Of a stretch of DNA of 45,400 bases, positions 42,143-45,400 are shown piece after piece. The stretch's first letter is position 1. Each line of letters starts with the position of its first letter. This stretch comes from Selenomonadales bacterium. GTDB taxonomy: Bacteria; Bacillota; Negativicutes; RGIG982. Location of the stretch: positions 1-45,400 of the forward strand of contig JAFSAX010000134.1 in assembly GCA_017442105.1 (NCBI GenBank), given 5' to 3'. The translations under genes and the position numbers were made by a program. The notes beneath the pieces were generated by a model. It was not told the DNA's origin and ran no database searches. It was given only the letters and a program-made list of their open reading frames with translations.

Positions 42143-42865
42143 TTATGCAGCTACACCGCAACCGTATCCACAGCCGCCATAGCCGTAATTGTGACGAATC
42201 GATTCATACGGGCTCGACACAACATACGCAGGTACTACAGGCGGACGGACCGTATTGACGATGTTTTCCGTCTGGCGAATGTTGCCGATCTGAAGCTGTG
42301 CCGCTTGCAGGTCGAATTGAAGCTGTGCGATGCGCTGATCTTTCGCGTTCGATTCCATCAAGCAGAGCTTGTCAAGAATCTTCTGCGTATTTGCGGTCGC
42401 ATTATTCGTGATCGTGCACGTGTTCTGTGCGTTTTCAAAGCGAACCGCATCAATGTTGCGGTTCGTTTCGCAACAACATTGCTGTGCCGCGAATCTGTTC
42501 TCGGCGATCGCCGAGCCGAGAGCAAAACGATTCTCAAGAACATCACGACCAAGACCGTTGAAGCCCTGAAGCATCGTAGTATTTTGTGCATAGAAGCCGT
42601 CAGCAAGACCGTTCTGCACGCCACGAATACCGTTCTTGATATCCTGCGAATTGAAACCATCAAATAAATCGTTGCGAGTAAGTGCACCGTTGGCGAATGC
42701 CGCCATGCCGTTGTTGCCCCAACCGCCGAAACCACCGCCACCCAAAAGAGCGAACAGCACTAAGAACCACATACAACCGCCACCGCCCCAACCGAAGCCG
42801 TCATTGTAACCGCGATTATTAATGTCCATGACAGGCACTACGCCTGCGCCATTTTCAAATGCCAT
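42143..42865 (-). CDS. Cargo protein C: 240-aa Gly/Asn/Gln/Cys-rich membrane protein
   Basis: The ATG at 42865 lies 6 nt after GAGGTG; the track GTG start is part of that RBS. Features are GWGGGGCMWFLVLFALLGGGGFGGWGNNG, QQCCCETNRN and the C-terminal NYGYGGCGYGCGVAA. Confidence 0.7.
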   Translation of the reverse strand: MAFENGAGVVPVMDINNRGYNDGFGWGGGGCMWFLVLFALLGGGGFGGWGNNGMAAFANGALTRNDLFDGFNSQDIKNGIRGVQNGLADGFYAQNTTMLQGFNGLGRDVLENRFALGSAIAENRFAAQQCCCETNRNIDAVRFENAQNTCTITNNATANTQKILDKLCLMESNAKDQRIAQLQFDLQAAQLQIGNIRQTENIVNTVRPPVVPAYVVSSPYESIRHNYGYGGCGYGCGVAA

Positions 42866-42917
42866 ACTTTTCACCTCGTTTGTTTTATTTTTTATCTGAA
42901 CTCTGACTGCGCGCTTG

Positions 42918-43145
42918 TCAAAGTTTCATTCCGAATTGTGATAAGAATTGATTGAGGGAGGCATCGTCCATTCCTCTCTGGCGAGCGAGATTGCGAACAG
43001 TCGCTTTCAGCTCGTCCTCGTTTTTGCCTTGTGCCATCTGCATTGCTCGACCGAACATCGGGTCATTACCGAACTGCTGTTGCATCAGCGCCATTGGATT
43101 CTGACTTGACTGTAACATTTGCATCATTTGCATTGGATTGAACAT
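42918..43145 (-). CDS. Cargo protein B: 75-aa Gln/Met-rich protein
   Basis: GGAAGGGGTG RBS. Sequence begins MFNPMQMMQMLQSSQNPMALMQQQF. Its first 80 nt overlap gene A in another frame. Confidence 0.5.
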   Translation of the reverse strand: MFNPMQMMQMLQSSQNPMALMQQQFGNDPMFGRAMQMAQGKNEDELKATVRNLARQRGMDDASLNQFLSQFGMKL

Positions 43146-43530
43146 TAGTTTGCACCCCTTCCAGTTTTCGTTCTAAGACCTCGATGCGTGACTGCAGAGC
43201 CGCGATGATGTCGCCCTCCTTTGGCTGTGCCTGCGAAATCACACGCTTATACTCCTCAAATATCGGCATCCCATCAAGTCCGATACTCTTTTTGTATATG
43301 GTCGCCTCGGACGGACAGTCGAAATAGTGCGGGGTTCCATCTAAATCTATTTGAGCCGCTTTTGCCTCGTCTCTGCCCGTCACAAGTCGACCTTTCAAAC
43401 CACTCGGCATAGGCATCGAGCCGTATGCCTGTGGCTGAATCTGCTGTTGCATAGACCGTAACCGTTGCTGATACATCATCTGCATAGGATCGGGCGGTAT
43501 GTGTTGATAGCCGTAATTAAAGCCGTTCAT
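43066..43530 (-). CDS. Cargo protein A: 154-aa protein with a Gln/Met/Pro-rich N-terminus
   Basis: GAGGTGAGGA RBS. Sequence begins MNGFNYGYQHIPPDPMQMMYQQRLRSMQQQIQPQ, followed by the core LKGRLVTGRDEAKAAQIDLDGTPHYF. Confidence 0.65.
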   Translation of the reverse strand: MNGFNYGYQHIPPDPMQMMYQQRLRSMQQQIQPQAYGSMPMPSGLKGRLVTGRDEAKAAQIDLDGTPHYFDCPSEATIYKKSIGLDGMPIFEEYKRVISQAQPKEGDIIAALQSRIEVLERKLEGVQTNVQSNANDANVTVKSESNGADATAVR

Positions 43531-43615
43531 GTATCCTCACCTCTTGGCTATATAATGCCGTAAAAACCCCTACTGAAACGGTCGATAATACCCCAATAAA
43601 CGGTCAGCAAAAGGT

Positions 43616-43660
43616 CACACAACGCATTTTTACAACCAAAAAATGCGTGTTGTGGTTTTT
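43616..43660 (+). repeat. Long imperfect inverted repeat followed by a T-run (plus-strand terminator-like or operator-like)
   Basis: Core stem of 10 bp, acgcattttt/aaaaatgcgt, with a 7-nt loop. Four further bp form after a bulge, then gttttt follows. Confidence 0.45.
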
Positions 43661-43710
43661 ACCCCTCGTTTATGCCACGAATTCCCCTCATAAGAACCAA
43701 AAATGGGCAT

Positions 43711-43743
43711 AAAAAAAGAAGCACCCCCTTAAAAAGGGAGTGC
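43711..43743 (-). terminator. Intrinsic terminator ending the late/lysis operon
   Basis: Minus RNA forms GCACUCCCU-loop-AGGGGGUGC (one G-U pair) followed by UUCUUUUUUU. Confidence 0.8.
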
Positions 43744-43977
43744 CTCTTGTATTGCCTTATGCAATTTGTCGTAGGCACGTTCTATCCGTCTGCCTACTGT
43801 TTTTTCAGAGAGATTCATGTGATACGCGATCTTCACATTGCTCCACCGTTTGCTGAACTTCAGCCGAATGATCTCACATTCTTCCTCGCTCAAGTTCGCT
43901 TCTTCGATGAGCGTATCTAATTCAGATCGGATCGCTCTGTCGGCGACATCACGTGCTGACTTGCGGTGTTCTCGCAT
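43729..43977 (-). CDS. 82-aa sigma-70 region-4-like HTH protein
   Basis: The ATG at 43977 lies 7 nt after GGAGG. LSEEECEIIRLKFSKRWSNVKIAYHMNLSEKTVGRRIERAYDKL is the HTH. Confidence 0.65.
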   Translation of the reverse strand: MREHRKSARDVADRAIRSELDTLIEEANLSEEECEIIRLKFSKRWSNVKIAYHMNLSEKTVGRRIERAYDKLHKAIQEALPF

Positions 43978-44159
43978 TCGTTTCCTCCTTCTATGTAAGA
44001 GAACAGGAATGCGAGATTGAATGCAATACTCGCAACCAAGAGCAATACCGCGTAGAAACATCCTCTCTTCAATCGGCTAATTACTCTTTCCTGTTCATTG
44101 ATTTTCTCCGTTGATTTAACCATGTGCATTGTTGCGATTGCTTCCTTTACCTCTGTCAT
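43917..44159 (-). CDS. 80-aa coiled-coil plus single-TM protein in the lysis cassette
   Basis: AGAGGGGGA RBS. TM segment is FYAVLLLVASIAFNLAFLF. Its tail overlaps the next gene by 61 nt. Confidence 0.5.
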   Translation of the reverse strand: MTEVKEAIATMHMVKSTEKINEQERVISRLKRGCFYAVLLLVASIAFNLAFLFSYIEGGNECENTASQHVMSPTERSDLN

Positions 44160-44174
44160 TTTATCCCCCTCTTA

Positions 44175-44200
44175 TGTTACCGACACAAATGTCGGTAACA
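44175..44200. repeat. 11-bp perfect inverted repeat between the lipoprotein gene and the next RBS
   Basis: tgttaccgaca-caaa-tgtcggtaaca, with no U-tract. Confidence 0.6.
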
Positions 44201-44722
44201 TTAAAATTTCATTTTTACACCGACAGCCGTACTGTCATTGTCTCGATACACCCATCCACCGACCGTATCTGACTTGCCGATGGGAAAGTCCACCGTATAT
44301 GCCATGCCGTCATTGCCGTATCCGACACCGACTGCCCATCGCTTAGTTTCGTCCCGCGTGGGAACATTCACGTCCATCGTGACTTTGCTCGTCTGGTCGA
44401 GTGTGAGTTTGTTTTTATCGAACACATACCGTTCGTCCTCAGCTTTCGTGAATGTCTGTTCCTGCCCGTTCACGCGGACAACGAAGTCGGTCTTGCCGAC
44501 GTCTGCTTGCAGGTCTGTCTTTTCTTTTTTCCCATTGACTACAGTTTTCGGCACGTATGCGATCTCGGTCTTTGTTACCGTTTCGCCCTGCACGTATACG
44601 GGCTTTTCTTTTGTCACCGTGATAGTTTCCCTTGACGCGTAATGTTCGCCCGCCAGACAGCCGCCTACGAAGCACAGCAGGCATACGCATACAGTAGGGA
44701 TATACTGTTGAATGTTCATCAT
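44201..44722 (-). CDS. Lipoprotein with a beta-strand C-terminus ending in Phe (spanin-like or outer-membrane candidate)
   Basis: Signal peptide with the lipobox CFVGG-C. C-terminus is WAVGVGYGNDGMAYTVDF...TAVGVKMKF. ATGA-coupled to the amidase. Confidence 0.65.
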   Translation of the reverse strand: MMNIQQYIPTVCVCLLCFVGGCLAGEHYASRETITVTKEKPVYVQGETVTKTEIAYVPKTVVNGKKEKTDLQADVGKTDFVVRVNGQEQTFTKAEDERYVFDKNKLTLDQTSKVTMDVNVPTRDETKRWAVGVGYGNDGMAYTVDFPIGKSDTVGGWVYRDNDSTAVGVKMKF

Positions 44723-45234
44723 TGTTTCCTCGTGATGTAGTCCGTCACGCCGCGAGCGATGGCACGTGCAAACTCATCTTCTCGCTCAATAAGAAGTGCC
44801 TCATCATGCACATTATCGATGAACGCGCATTCCACAAGCACTGCAGGACATTTCGTATGTTTGAGCACATAGAAGCCAGCCTCTTTTATACCGCGATCGA
44901 CGGTGCCGATGCTTGACACGACCTGCGACTGAATGTGATGAGCGAGCTTATCTCCTGTGCGAGAAAACGCGAATGTTTCCGTTCCGCGCGCGTTATGATT
45001 CAGACAGGCGTTGCAATGGATGGAGATAAACAGATCTGCTCCCCATCTATTTGACACATTACATATTTCGCCCAAATCATCTGTCTGCACGGCCATGACT
45101 TCGCATCCTGCTTTCTCCAAATATCCTGCTACACGCTGCATCAATCGCATACATACGTCTGCTTCTTTTACGCGGCTGCCAAGTGCACCGGGATCTCTGC
45201 CCGGGAAGTGTCCGCCATTGATACACACCTTCAT
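44719..45234 (-). CDS. N-acetylmuramoyl-L-alanine amidase endolysin (Amidase_3 type, no wall-binding domain)
   Basis: MKVCINGGHFPGRDPGA...ADLFISIHCNA...GTETF...PAVLVECAFIDN. Confidence 0.9.
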   Translation of the reverse strand: MKVCINGGHFPGRDPGALGSRVKEADVCMRLMQRVAGYLEKAGCEVMAVQTDDLGEICNVSNRWGADLFISIHCNACLNHNARGTETFAFSRTGDKLAHHIQSQVVSSIGTVDRGIKEAGFYVLKHTKCPAVLVECAFIDNVHDEALLIEREDEFARAIARGVTDYITRKQ

Positions 45235-45400
45235 TTTTTCTCCTCCTTCTCAAATTGATCGGGGATCCCATCTTTGTCGGTATCGACCATACAGCCTGCG
45301 ATGAATGTCACGAAAGCGATCATTCCACCGCCGACCATTTCGGTGATAAGAGAAAGGAGATCGCGTAGTGCGACCTCTCCTTCTTTCCACAGCCACAGCC
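45231..45400 (-). CDS. Putative holin, 3-prime part (same ORF as 1-286; 45260-45400 duplicates 1-141)
   Basis: In-frame continuation ...DKDGIPDQFEKEEKK. The stop TGA at 45231-45233 overlaps the amidase ATG. Confidence 0.6.
   Translation of the reverse strand, partial: LWLWKEGEVALRDLLSLITEMVGGGMIAFVTFIAGCMVDTDKDGIPDQFEKEEKK
45260..45400. repeat. Terminal direct repeat, copy 2
   Basis: Identical to 1-141. Confidence 0.95.

Larger units (their letters stand above)
1..45259. mobile_element. Complete temperate podovirus-like phage genome (one circular unit; the window is the unit plus a 141-bp overlap)
   Basis: 1-141 is identical to 45260-45400. Integrase/attP, CI/Cro switch, replication, packaging, capsid, T7-type tail/core, fibre and lysis modules are each present once. 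Confidence 0.85.

Noticed and set aside
1-45400. CRISPR arrays, rRNA genes, IS elements, or a diversity-generating retroelement targeting the fibre genes
   Set aside because: There are no spaced direct repeats, no transposase or reverse transcriptase ORF, and no template/variable repeat pair. The tandem repeats found are short coding duplications.

Overview
The window is one complete, circularly closed genome of a temperate podovirus-like phage. The unit is 45,259 bp, and bases 1-141 repeat exactly at 45260-45400. Almost all genes read leftward on the minus strand. The late operon runs from 25283 down to 1, wraps across the junction, and ends at about 43711. It encodes TerS, TerL, portal, scaffold, major capsid, T7/BPP-1-type tubular proteins A and B, internal core proteins, four tail-fibre genes and a lysis cassette. 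One core protein carries an NlpC/P60 domain and another is a 2,783-aa multi-domain giant. The early operon (37370 down to 27076) encodes Cro-like and Xis-like proteins, ERF, NinB, a replisome organizer with internal iterons, a DnaC-like loader, an orphan methyltransferase, SSB, RusA, a sigma-like activator and a MazG-like enzyme. The rightward lysogeny arm (37531-40810) encodes a CI-like repressor, two AT-rich membrane morons and a tyrosine integrase. It ends at an attP built on the 3-prime 45 nt of a tRNA-Pro. The most interesting regions are: (i) a five-gene cargo cluster of unknown function between lysis and attP (41236-43530); (ii) an opposite-strand cassette with a consensus promoter, embedded operator, small and hyper-acidic proteins and an HTH, which looks like an Acr-Aca locus (26041-27077); (iii) the giant polyvalent virion protein; and (iv) a promoter-plus-terminator unit that may encode a small antisense RNA. 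All functional calls come from reading the translated ORFs and motifs by eye. No database search was run.
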